Shown here: one piece after another, positions 10,407-19,268 of the stretch | Position numbering within the stretch: the first letter of the stretch is position 1 | Layout of the letters: each line of letters starts with the position of its first letter | Source: an uncultured bacterium | GTDB lineage: Bacteria; Lernaellota; Lernaellaia; Lernaellales; Lernaellaceae | Assembly: GCA_964534375.1 (NCBI GenBank) | Contig: CAZHPN010000013.1 | Coordinates: 1-55,842 of the forward strand | Direction: 5' to 3' | Length of the DNA stretch: 55,842 nt | Translations under genes and position numbers: made by a program | The notes under the pieces: generated by a model | Database searches by the model: none | Seen by the model: the letters and a program-made list of their open reading frames with translations, nothing else | Told to the model about the DNA's origin: nothing

Positions 10407-10631
10407 ATGAAGAACTTTCACTTTTCCGTCGTGATCGAGAAGGACCAGGATGGTTATTTCGCTTTCTGTCCCGAGCTGCAAGGTTGTTATGCCCAGGGCG
10501 ATTCGCATGAGGAAGCGCTCGCCAATATTCGCGACGCCATTCGTTTGCACGTCGAAGACCGGTTGGCCGCCGGTGAGGAAATCGCCCAACCCGAGACCGT
10601 CAGCCTGACCTCGTTGGAAATTGCCGTATGA
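10407..10631 (+). CDS. hicB: HicB-family antitoxin (short, no C-terminal DNA-binding domain)
   Basis: F.VVIEKDxDGYxAxCPELxGCxAQGxxxEEAxxNxxDAI signature. Confidence 0.9.
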   Translation: MKNFHFSVVIEKDQDGYFAFCPELQGCYAQGDSHEEALANIRDAIRLHVEDRLAAGEEIAQPETVSLTSLEIAV

Positions 10632-10864
10632 CGCAGCGCCTGCCGCGCGTCACATCCACAGAAATAATCAAGGTCCTGACCAGCGAGGGCTTTGTTTTGG
10701 CCCGCCAAAGCGGCAGTCACAAAGTTTATAAAAACGCCGCCGAACGGCGGACAACCGTACCGTTTCACGGTCACAAAATTCTTCATCCCAAATTGTTGCA
10801 GAGCATCTGTCGAGACGCCGATATTTCAATGGAACGTTTGAAGGAATTGCTTTCCAAAATCTGA
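10628..10864 (+). CDS. hicA: HicA-family mRNA interferase toxin
   Basis: GFxxxRQSGSH catalytic motif, TVPxH, ATGA overlap with hicB. Confidence 0.9.
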   Translation: MTQRLPRVTSTEIIKVLTSEGFVLARQSGSHKVYKNAAERRTTVPFHGHKILHPKLLQSICRDADISMERLKELLSKI

Positions 10865-10894
10865 TTCGCGTGTGGCTGCGCAGCGCGCCGCGTC

Positions 10895-11989
10895 TCACGC
10901 CGGCGGGATTTCCTCGATCTCTTTGAGCGACAAGCCTTCGCGGGCGAGGGCGAACAGGCCCAGCGCGGTCTGCGGAACGTAATTGGACAAGTGCAGCACG
11001 ATCGCGGCGCCCATCGCCTTGTCCCAACTGACGTTGGAAACCAGCACGATCGCCGTCGCCGAAAGAAACTCGAACGTGCCGAAATAGCCGGGGCTGGCGG
11101 GGATCGACACGGCGATCGCGAAGCTCATCAGCACAAAAAACGAATCGGTCAGCGAGGCGGGAATGCCGCACGCGAGCAGGCCCAGGTAGGCGGTGTAGAT
11201 GCTGATGATCCACAGGCCGAACGAAATGACGAGGATCCAGACGATCTCCAGCGGGTTGGTCGTCTGCGTCAGGCCGCCGATGAAATTGCGCAGGCCGCCC
11301 AGAAATTTCGCGCGCCATTTTTCCGGCAGCGGCTTGAGAAAAAAGCCGGCGACGCGCAGCGTCCGCTCGGTCTGCCACTTCAGCAGCACGATGATCGTCA
11401 CCAGGCCGCCGACGAGAATCGAGAAATTGATCGCGATGCCGCGCTGCGTGAGGTTGACGCCGAATTTGTCGTGAATCGCCATGGTCAGCTTGGCCATCGG
11501 CGCGGAGAAATCCCAAACGTACAGGCTGAGCGCGAAGAGCACCAGGACGCTCAGCGTGTCGTAAATGCGCTCGACGACGACTGTGCCGAACGCCGCGCCG
11601 AACGTGACGCCGGTCTTGCGCGAGGCGCTCAGCGACCGTGCCACCTCGCCCAGCCGCGCCGGCAGCAGGTTGTTGAGCGCGAAGCCGATGCACGTCGACC
11701 AACCGAGTTGGATGCCCGAAACGCGTTTGATCGGCCGCAAGAACAGCGTCCAGCGATGGCCGCGAATAAAGAGCATCGACACAACGATCGCCGCGATCCC
11801 GAGCACGCACCACAGGTTGGCGGAGATCATCGCGCGCCAGGTTTCGGCGGGGTCGATCTTGCGAAACGCCAGCCAGAAAAAAAACAGCGACACGGCGATG
11901 CCGAGGTACACCTTCGGATCGCGCAGGCGGTTGCGGGGCTCGCCAGAACTGCGATTGAGCACTTTGAAAAAACTCCTCTTATCGTTCAA
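10895..11989 (-). CDS. Lysylphosphatidylglycerol-synthase TM region / flippase-like (UPF0104) protein
   Basis: RW..FL, NNLLPARLGExxR, VVERIYD, PxxPGxxGxFE motifs. Confidence 0.85.
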   Translation of the reverse strand: MNDKRSFFKVLNRSSGEPRNRLRDPKVYLGIAVSLFFFWLAFRKIDPAETWRAMISANLWCVLGIAAIVVSMLFIRGHRWTLFLRPIKRVSGIQLGWSTCIGFALNNLLPARLGEVARSLSASRKTGVTFGAAFGTVVVERIYDTLSVLVLFALSLYVWDFSAPMAKLTMAIHDKFGVNLTQRGIAINFSILVGGLVTIIVLLKWQTERTLRVAGFFLKPLPEKWRAKFLGGLRNFIGGLTQTTNPLEIVWILVISFGLWIISIYTAYLGLLACGIPASLTDSFFVLMSFAIAVSIPASPGYFGTFEFLSATAIVLVSNVSWDKAMGAAIVLHLSNYVPQTALGLFALAREGLSLKEIEEIPPA

Positions 11990-12052
11990 GGTCCGACGGC
12001 GGGTCTTCCGACGTCCGTTTTTGTCCCGATCTCACCGACCCGCTTGTCCGCG

Positions 12053-12094
12053 AATCTCGTCAAAAACGCCCCGGGCCGCGCTTTTGACGAGATT
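12053..12094. repeat. Intergenic palindrome (REP/MITE-like)
   Basis: aatctcgtcaaaa ... ttttgacgagatt, perfect 13-bp inverted repeat between co-oriented genes. Confidence 0.65.
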
Positions 12095-12112
12095 AAGTGC
12101 TCAATCGCCGTT

Positions 12113-13060
12113 CTACGGCAACCACGCCGCAGGAGGCTTTCCGGCGAACAGCGCGCGCGTCTTCTCGACGTCGCGCGTCATCGCCTCGATAAGTTGGTCG
12201 ACCGAACGAAACTTCTTTTCGTCGCGCAACCGGTGCACGAAATGCAGTTCCATTTCGGCCCCGTACAACGCGCCGTCGAAATCGAGCAAGTACGCCTCGA
12301 CGCGCAGTTCGTTGAGGTCGAACGTCGGGTTCTTGCCGACGTTCACCGCCGCGGCGTGCGCTTGGCCGTCGACCACCGCCACCGCCGCGTACACCCCGAC
12401 GTGCGGAATCAGCTCCCACGGCGTCGCCACGTTCGCCGTCGGGAAACCCAGGCCGCGGCCACGATGGTCGCCGTGCGCGACGAGGCCGCGCAGGTGGAAC
12501 GGGCGGCCGAGCAGCTTCATCACGGTGTCCATCTCGCCCGCCGCGGCCAGCCGCCGGATGCGGCTGGAGCTGATCGGCCAACCGTCCTCGATCACCGCCG
12601 CCATCTGGTGCACCGCGAAGCCGTACTTCTCGCCGAGCCCGCGCAGGTGGTCGGCGTCGCCGTCGCGCCCGCGGCCGAAGCTGAAATCGTAGCCGATCAG
12701 CAGCTCCTGCACCTGAAACAGCTCGAGCAGCACCTTCTGGACCCACGCGTCGGCCGGCGTTTGCGAAAGTTCGTGCGTGAACTCCGCGGTCACCAGCACG
12801 TCGACCCCGGCGCGTTCGATCAGCCGCGCGCGTTCCGCGAACGGCAAAATGAGCTGCAAGCCTTTTTGCGGGTACAGCAGCTTGACCGGATGCGGATCGA
12901 ACGTCAGCGCGACCGCCGGCAGGCCGCGCCGGCGCGCCGTCGTCTTCAACTGTTCGATGATGAACTGGTGGCCGCGATGCACGCCGTCGAAATTGCCGAT
13001 CGTCAGCGTCGTCGGCCCCAATTCGCCGGGTCGCAGGTCGTTTTCGCGCAGCAGCTTCAT
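12113..13060 (-). CDS. ribF: Bifunctional riboflavin kinase / FAD synthetase
   Basis: IGNFDGVHRGH, TFDPHP, ISSSRIR, GRGLGFPTAN, LRDEKKF; start MKLLRE. Confidence 0.96.
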   Translation of the reverse strand: MKLLRENDLRPGELGPTTLTIGNFDGVHRGHQFIIEQLKTTARRRGLPAVALTFDPHPVKLLYPQKGLQLILPFAERARLIERAGVDVLVTAEFTHELSQTPADAWVQKVLLELFQVQELLIGYDFSFGRGRDGDADHLRGLGEKYGFAVHQMAAVIEDGWPISSSRIRRLAAAGEMDTVMKLLGRPFHLRGLVAHGDHRGRGLGFPTANVATPWELIPHVGVYAAVAVVDGQAHAAAVNVGKNPTFDLNELRVEAYLLDFDGALYGAEMELHFVHRLRDEKKFRSVDQLIEAMTRDVEKTRALFAGKPPAAWLP

Positions 13061-14367
13061 GCGGCGGCCACCACTTTCCGAATCGTCGGCCGCAACTCCG
13101 GCGGCTGCGGGCCGATCGTGAACGCGCCGGTCAAACGCTCGGCGGCGGCCGCGAGCCGGTCGGCGGTCACCGCGCGCAACGTGCAAAGCGGTTCGCCGGC
13201 CGCGACGCGGTCGCCGAGCCGTTTGTGCATCGTGATGCCCGCGCCGAAGTCGAGGACCTCGTCCACTCGCGCCCGCCCGGCCCCGAGATCGCGCGCGGCG
13301 CGGCCAATTTCCGCCGTTTGCATCAAGATCAAGAACCCGGCGCGCGGCGCGACGAAATCGCGCGCCGCCGCGGCGCGCGGCAGGCGTTCCGGATGCTCCA
13401 CATACGCCGGATCGGCGCCGTGCGCGCGCACCCATTCGCCGAATTTCGCCAGCGCGCGGCCGTTCGCGAGCAGGCCGCGCAGTTGGGCCGCCCCGGCGGC
13501 GAGGTCGTGCTCGAGGCCGCCGACGTCGAGCATGTGCGCGCCCAACTCGACGCAGAGATCGGCCAACCGCCGGTCGCCGCGGCCGTTGAGGATCTCGATC
13601 GCCTCCGCCATTTCGTTGGCGTTGCCGATCTCGCGGCCGAGCGGCTCGCTCATGTCGGTGAGCACGGCCCGCACGCGCAGGCCCAGTTGCGCGCCGACCG
13701 TCGCCAGCGAGCGCCCGAGCGCCTCCGCCTCGTCGATTGTGGCCATGAAGGCCCCCGAGCCGAATTTCACGTCGAGCACCAGCGCCTCGATGCCCGCGGC
13801 CGCTTTTTTCGACAGAATGCTCGCCGTGATCAGCGCGATGTTTTCGACCGTCGCCGTGACGTCGCGCAACGCGTACCACTGGCCGTCGGCCCGGCATATT
13901 TCTTCGGTCTGGCCGATGATGCTGCAGCCGACCGTCGCGACGATTTCCACGAAACGGTCGAGCGGCGGAAACGGATCGTAGCCCGGCAGCGCTTCCAGCT
14001 TGTCGATCGTGCCGCCGGTGTGGCCGAGGCCGCGGCCCGCGATCATCGGCACGCGAAGGCCCGCGCAGGCGACCAGCGGCGCCAGGATCAGGCTGACCTT
14101 GTCGCCGACGCCCCCGGTCGAATGCTTGTCCACCTTCGGCCCCGAGATGCCGGTCAGGTCGAGCACCGCGCCGGATTCCATGAACGCGTGGGTCAGCGCG
14201 AGGGTCTCGCCGGCGTTCAGGCCGTGGTCGCAGACGGCCATCAGCAGCGCGGTCGTCTGGTAGTCGGCGACCTCGCCGCGCAAGTTGGCCTGCACGAACC
14301 ACCGAATTTCTTCGGCCGTCAGCGTCCGGCCCAGGCGTTTTTTGCCGATGATGTCAACCGCGCGCAT
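13057..14367 (-). CDS. pdp: Pyrimidine-nucleoside (thymidine) phosphorylase
   Basis: DKHSTGGVGDK, GRGLGHTGGTIDKLE, YALRDVTATV, SILSKK. Confidence 0.95.
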   Translation of the reverse strand: MRAVDIIGKKRLGRTLTAEEIRWFVQANLRGEVADYQTTALLMAVCDHGLNAGETLALTHAFMESGAVLDLTGISGPKVDKHSTGGVGDKVSLILAPLVACAGLRVPMIAGRGLGHTGGTIDKLEALPGYDPFPPLDRFVEIVATVGCSIIGQTEEICRADGQWYALRDVTATVENIALITASILSKKAAAGIEALVLDVKFGSGAFMATIDEAEALGRSLATVGAQLGLRVRAVLTDMSEPLGREIGNANEMAEAIEILNGRGDRRLADLCVELGAHMLDVGGLEHDLAAGAAQLRGLLANGRALAKFGEWVRAHGADPAYVEHPERLPRAAAARDFVAPRAGFLILMQTAEIGRAARDLGAGRARVDEVLDFGAGITMHKRLGDRVAAGEPLCTLRAVTADRLAAAAERLTGAFTIGPQPPELRPTIRKVVAAA

Positions 14368-14435
14368 CGCCGCCCCAGTGCAAAGAAATTTGAGGGTAAT
14401 GGCGCGCCGCCATTTCGTCAAACCGGGCGGGGCTG

Positions 14436-14652
14436 CGTCACGCTCGAAGCGTGACGAGACTGAGAGGCTGAAAGGCCGAAAGGCTGAGAGGCTGTTCTTA
14501 GCGCACACCGATTCGCTTCGCGCGGAGCCTTTCGACGGGTCTGACGTGTCTGACAAGTCCGACCGGTCCGACCTGTCAACGGGCCCCGCGCGAAACACGA
14601 ACCGCGCGGCCCTGCCAACCCCCTCAGCCTCTCAGTCTCCCAGTCTCCGAGT
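14436..14652. repeat. Composite intergenic element with 16-bp inverted ends and internal 8/9-mer tandem repeats
   Basis: gagactgagaggctga (14456-14471) is the exact reverse complement of tcagcctctcagtctc (14624-14639); internal gtctgac/gtccgac 9-nt-period repeats. Confidence 0.75.
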
Positions 14653-14654
14653 CT

Positions 14655-15965
14655 TTATTCGATTACCGCCGTCGCCCCGCTCAAATGCGCCGCCAGCAGT
14701 TTCGCCAACATCTCGCAGTCGCTAGCTGTCGTCGTTTCGCGGATCGAATGCATCGCCAGCATCGGCGCGCCGACGTCGACCGTCGGCACGCCCAGGCGCG
14801 TCGCGCTGATCGGCCCGATCGTCGCGCCGGACAGCAGGTCGGACCGTTGCACGAACTGCTGCACCGGAACCTCGGCCGCCTCGGCGCACAGCGCCAGGTA
14901 GGCGCGCGTCGCGGCGGTGGTCGCGTAGCGTTCGCCGGCGTTGACCTTGATCGCCGGCCCGCCGCCGAGGCGCGGCTTGTGGTGCGCGTCGTGCAAATCG
15001 GCGTAGTTCGGATGCACCGCGTGCGCCCCGTCGGCCGAGACCAGCACCGATTTCGCCAAAGCGCGCAGCAGATCCTCGCGCGGCCGCTCGCCGCGGAGGC
15101 ACAGCCGTTCGAGCAGGTTGTCCAGCAGCGTCGAGCCGGCGCCGCGATAGGTGCCGGAGCCGACCTCCTCATTGTCGAACAAGACGATGACGCGCGTCGG
15201 CCCGACCGGCTCGTCCGGCGGGTCGAGCAGGGCGGCGAGCGCCGCGTGGCACGACGCCAGGTTGTCGAGACCGCGGGCGAAGAGCAGTTCGTCGTCGAGC
15301 CCGCCGAGCGCCGGCGGCTGCGTGTCGACCAGATCGAGGCAGTAATCGGCTATCGTCGCCGCATCGACGCCCGCCGCCTCGGCCAGCGCGCGCCGCAGCT
15401 TGTCGTCGGTCGGGCTTTTTTCCGCGGTCAGGCCGAAAATCGCCGGCAAATGTTTCTGCCGATCGAGCTTCAGCCCCTCGTCGTTCACCTTGCGATTGAG
15501 GTGGATCGCGCAATTCGGGATGCGGCAGATCGGCTGAGTCAGCCGCACCGGCATCACTTGCGGCGCGCCGAAATCCGCGCTGGCCACGAGGAAGCCGGCG
15601 AGGGTCAGATCGCGGTCGGTCCACGTCGCCAGGATCGGCCCGCCATAGACCTCGACGCCCAATTGCAGGCAGCCTTCCTTCGCGTAAACGGCCCGGGGTT
15701 TGAGGCGCAACGCCGGCATGTCCGCGTGCGCGCCGACCAGGCGAAACCCCGCCTCGGCCGGCGGCTGAGTGCCGACGACGACCGCCGCGAGGCTGCTGCG
15801 GCCGCGCCGCACGTAAAATGACTCGCCCGGCGCCGCCGTCCACGAATCGGCCTCGCGGCGTTCGGCGAACCCGGCGGCGGCCAGCCGCCGCACCGCCTCC
15901 TCGACGGCGTGAATCGCGGTCGGCGACATCGCGAGATAACCAAGGAAATCTTCGGCAAACATCAT
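14655..15965 (-). CDS. M18 family (aspartyl) aminopeptidase
   Basis: AHxD, EVYGG, TWxDRDL, LDNL, FDNEEVGS, SADxAHAxHPNY, MHSIRE. Confidence 0.93.
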   Translation of the reverse strand: MMFAEDFLGYLAMSPTAIHAVEEAVRRLAAAGFAERREADSWTAAPGESFYVRRGRSSLAAVVVGTQPPAEAGFRLVGAHADMPALRLKPRAVYAKEGCLQLGVEVYGGPILATWTDRDLTLAGFLVASADFGAPQVMPVRLTQPICRIPNCAIHLNRKVNDEGLKLDRQKHLPAIFGLTAEKSPTDDKLRRALAEAAGVDAATIADYCLDLVDTQPPALGGLDDELLFARGLDNLASCHAALAALLDPPDEPVGPTRVIVLFDNEEVGSGTYRGAGSTLLDNLLERLCLRGERPREDLLRALAKSVLVSADGAHAVHPNYADLHDAHHKPRLGGGPAIKVNAGERYATTAATRAYLALCAEAAEVPVQQFVQRSDLLSGATIGPISATRLGVPTVDVGAPMLAMHSIRETTTASDCEMLAKLLAAHLSGATAVIE

Positions 15966-16111
15966 GGTCTGATCTCCTTATTTTTTCCGTCATACCCGAA
16001 AAGCGATTACCCAACAAGACCTCGTGCGCCGCCCCGCGGCTGGGATGGCGCCGGCCGTTGGCCCGCGCCTCGCGCGCCGTGCGCGCCGCCGATCGCATCC
16101 CGCGGAGGAGT

Positions 16112-16846
16112 GTGACATATGTCAAAATGGGGAAGTCGAATTTGAAATCGCAGAGCCAGGGGACTCGGGGATCGATCCCGTCGACGGCCAGTTCTTTCGA
16201 CAGTTGTTCGTAATGTTGGCGCGGTTGCTCGGCGCGCGGGGCGTTGTGGCAAGTGATGAGGATCGTCTCGTCATTCACGCGGATGTCGCCGTCGAGTCCG
16301 GCGAGGAGATCGCGGCTGAAGTGCACGGCGTCCCAGCGCTGATAGGACGGGCCAAGTTGCTGGCGCGCCGAATCATGCCCAAGGCGTTTTGCAATGCGGC
16401 GCCTCGGCCACGGTGCGGCCTTCGAGCAACTGATGGATGGCTTGGCGGAGGCGACGAACGGCGGGCCGTTGGCCAATTCGAAGCCGCGCTGGCTGAGCGT
16501 GCGGCGGCAGCCGCGGTTCGACGCGGGCGCCGCTTTGCGGGGTCCAGCCGAGCAGCAGATCCCACGCGCCCAGGCGCAGGAACTCCGGCAGCAGCAAGCA
16601 GACGCCGACCAACGAGCCCCTGACTTTCTCGGCGAGCAAGTGGCGCACTCCGCGTTCGAGATCGGCCGGAACGCAGGGAGCGGGGCGGCGCTGTTCCTTG
16701 GTGTGTTGCGTCTCAATCCGCGCCGGTTCGGCGTCGGGCCGGAACGCGAAGAGTTTTTTTGCAGGCCATACTCGGCCAGGAGGCGTTCCACGCTGCGGAC
16801 GCTGATCGGCGAGCCGGTTTGGCAGAGTTTCTGGGTCAGGACCGCT
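16112..16846 (-). pseudogene. Internally deleted, frameshifted transposase-like remnant
   Basis: Fragments ISVRSVERLLAEYGLQK, LLLPEFLRLGAWDLLxGW..RVEPRL and GDIRV..ILIT.HNAP..DPRVPWL.DFKFDF lie in different frames; A7C slippery run at 16753-16760; family recognised from memory only. Confidence 0.6.
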
Positions 16847-16914
16847 CTAGTGCCTAGCTACAATTTGCGGGACGATAGCAACTCCTAACTTCGGCCCGCC
16901 TTGCCGGGGCGAAG

Positions 16915-18237
16915 TTAGCGGGTTTCCACGCCGGCGCGCAGCAGCGTCAGCGATTCGCCGTGCTGGCTGATGTCGAGGCCGACCAGTTCCTGCTCGGCCG
17001 TCACGCGCATCGGGATGATCAGGTCCGTCAGCAGATACAGGAGGTACGACCCGCCGAAGGCGAAGACGGCGACGATGCCCAGCGCGAGCAAGTGATACAA
17101 AAATGTCGTGACGTGCCCGGCGACCAGGCCGACGTCTTTGGCGAAGACCGCCGTCAGCAGCATGCCGACGGTGCCGCCGACGCCGTGGCAGGGGAAGACG
17201 TCGAGGGTGTCGTCGATTTCGGTCCACGTCTTGATGGCCACCAGCGTGTTGCTGATCGCCGCGGCGATGGCGCCGATGAAGATGCTGGCGCCGATCGAGA
17301 CAAAGCCGGCCCCCGGCGTGATCGCGACGAGACCGACGACCGCGCCGACGCTCGCGCCGATCGCTGTCGGTTTGCGCCCGCGGGCCATGTCGAGGAAGAG
17401 CCAAGACAGCGCCGCCGCCGCCGACGCCGTGTTGGTCGTGGCGAAGGCCATCGCCGCCGTGTCGTTCGCCGCCAGCGCCGAGCCGGCGTTGAAGCCGAAC
17501 CAACCGAACCACAACATCGCCGCGCCGAGGATCACGTACGGGATGTTGGCCGGCAGCATCGCCGCGTGCTGTTTTTTGCCGCTGCGGCGGCCGAGCATGA
17601 TCGCGCCGGCCAGCGCCGCGAAACCCGCCGACATGTGCACGACGGTGCCGCCCGCGAAATCGAGCACTCCGAGCTTGTGCAGGAAGCCGTCCGGGTGCCA
17701 CGTCCAGTGCGCGAGCGGGCTGTAAATCAGGATGGTCCAGAGAACCAGGTACAGCATGTAACTATTGAAGCGAACGCGTTCGGCGAACGAGCCCGTGATG
17801 AGCGCCGGCGTGATGATCGCGAACTTTAGTTGGAAGAACGCGAAGAGCACGAGCGGAATCGTCGGCGAAAGCGCCGGATGCGTCGCGCCGCCGACGTGGC
17901 GGAACATGAAAAACGTCGCCGGATTGCCGATCAGGCCCCCGATGCTGTCGCCGTACGCGAGGCTGAAGCCCACGACGATCCAGATGATGCTGATCAGCGC
18001 CATCGCGATGAAACTTTGCAGCATCGTCGAGATCACGTTCTTCGGCCGCACCATGCCGCCGTAAAAAAACGACAGGCCGGGCGTCATCAGCAGCACGAGG
18101 CCGCTCGCGCAGAGCATCCAGGCCACGTCGCCGGAATTGATCGCGCCGCCGGTCACCACGGGCGCCGCGACGGGAACGAAGGCGGCCGCCAACGCGACTA
18201 CGGCCAACACGATCAACGGCATGGTTGTTTGTTTCAT
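16915..18237 (-). CDS. amtB: Ammonium transporter
   Basis: FFYGG, FQxxFAIIT, DFAGGTVVH, WFGWFGFNAGS, DDTLDVFxxHG; RBS AGGAGG. Confidence 0.97.
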   Translation of the reverse strand: MKQTTMPLIVLAVVALAAAFVPVAAPVVTGGAINSGDVAWMLCASGLVLLMTPGLSFFYGGMVRPKNVISTMLQSFIAMALISIIWIVVGFSLAYGDSIGGLIGNPATFFMFRHVGGATHPALSPTIPLVLFAFFQLKFAIITPALITGSFAERVRFNSYMLYLVLWTILIYSPLAHWTWHPDGFLHKLGVLDFAGGTVVHMSAGFAALAGAIMLGRRSGKKQHAAMLPANIPYVILGAAMLWFGWFGFNAGSALAANDTAAMAFATTNTASAAAALSWLFLDMARGRKPTAIGASVGAVVGLVAITPGAGFVSIGASIFIGAIAAAISNTLVAIKTWTEIDDTLDVFPCHGVGGTVGMLLTAVFAKDVGLVAGHVTTFLYHLLALGIVAVFAFGGSYLLYLLTDLIIPMRVTAEQELVGLDISQHGESLTLLRAGVETR

Positions 18238-18347
18238 GGTCCGGAACCTCCTGTGCAAAGGCGTCGTTTGGAACCGTCCGCGCGCTTTACCGCGGCGTGC
18301 TGCCCAGCCTCTGTGGGACGATTCGTCACTGCAAGAATTAAATAATC

Positions 18348-18363
18348 ATCAAGTTTCGTGCCG
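18348..18363 (-). promoter_or_regulatory. Possible sigma54 promoter for amtB
   Basis: Minus strand reads CGGCAC-GAAAC-TTGAT: correct -24 GG and spacing, but -12 is GA rather than GC. Confidence 0.4.
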
Positions 18364-18717
18364 AAATCCCGCCGCCGGCATATCCGGCCGATTTTGTTGC
18401 GGTTTGGCGGAAATTTCGGCCGCCGGCTCGCGAATTCGACGATACAAAAATGGTTTTTCAGCGGCGGATGACACAAAAATGTATCGCCGCGCCCGGCACA
18501 TAACAAAAAATTCGCGCCGTTGCATTGCGAAAACCGCCGCCGAGGATATACGTTATTAGGATCAGAATGTGCGGAAAGCGCCTCGGCTGTGGAAACCGGA
18601 CGATGGCGATACAAAACTGTAGTGTCGCCAGTCGGCCGTCCGGTTGCGGCCTGCGGCCGACCATGGCGAAACCGCGGGTTTTGCTCGCTGTTTACTGTCA
18701 ACGATTCGCCGGTCTTC

Positions 18718-18733
18718 TGGCACGGCGGTTGCA
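18718..18733 (+). promoter_or_regulatory. Sigma54 -24/-12 promoter for the P-II gene
   Basis: TGGCAC-GGCGG-TTGCA, exact consensus about 50 nt upstream of the ATG. Confidence 0.85.
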
Positions 18734-18781
18734 CGCATATATTGCAACCGAAAATGACCGGGATGAGGGAGGGAGTGCGCC

Positions 18782-19168
18782 ATGAAGAAGATTGAAGTGT
18801 TTCTTCGCGAAGAATCGCTGCAAGACGTCAAAGACGCGTTGCGCGCTATCGGCATCGTCGGCATGAACGTCCATGAAGTGCACGGGCACGGGCGCCAAGG
18901 CGGCATCAAATTGGCGTGGCGGGGCACGTCGTACCAGATGGATCTCTTGCCGAAGATGCAGCTCAATGTCTTCTTGAGCGATCACAACGTCGAGCGCACG
19001 ATCCAGACCATCATGAAAGCCGCGCGCACCGGCGACGAGGGCAAGGAGGGCGACGGCGTCATCTTTGTCTTGCCTGCCGACGACATGATTCGCATCAGCA
19101 CGGGCGAACGCGGACGCGACGCGCTGCAGTACCCCGGCGACATCGACGACGCCTCCGCGCAGAAGTAA
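18782..19168 (+). CDS. P-II family nitrogen regulator (GlnB/GlnK-like)
   Basis: MKKIE, GxGRQ, T-loop RGxxY (Y51 equivalent retained), LPK, ARTG, GDGxIF, RIxTGE. Confidence 0.93.
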   Translation: MKKIEVFLREESLQDVKDALRAIGIVGMNVHEVHGHGRQGGIKLAWRGTSYQMDLLPKMQLNVFLSDHNVERTIQTIMKAARTGDEGKEGDGVIFVLPADDMIRISTGERGRDALQYPGDIDDASAQK

Positions 19169-19268
19169 TCGCGAGCGGCGCGAGTTCCGGCGACGCGTGC
19201 GCATACGCGCTATTTTCGGCGGCGCAAACTGATTTGACGGCCGCTTCGCTTCTCTCCATCATCGAGCG

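Noticed and set aside
15169..16791. 540-aa ORF as a single gene
   Set aside because: It is a chimera of transposase-remnant frames running out of frame into the M18 peptidase gene
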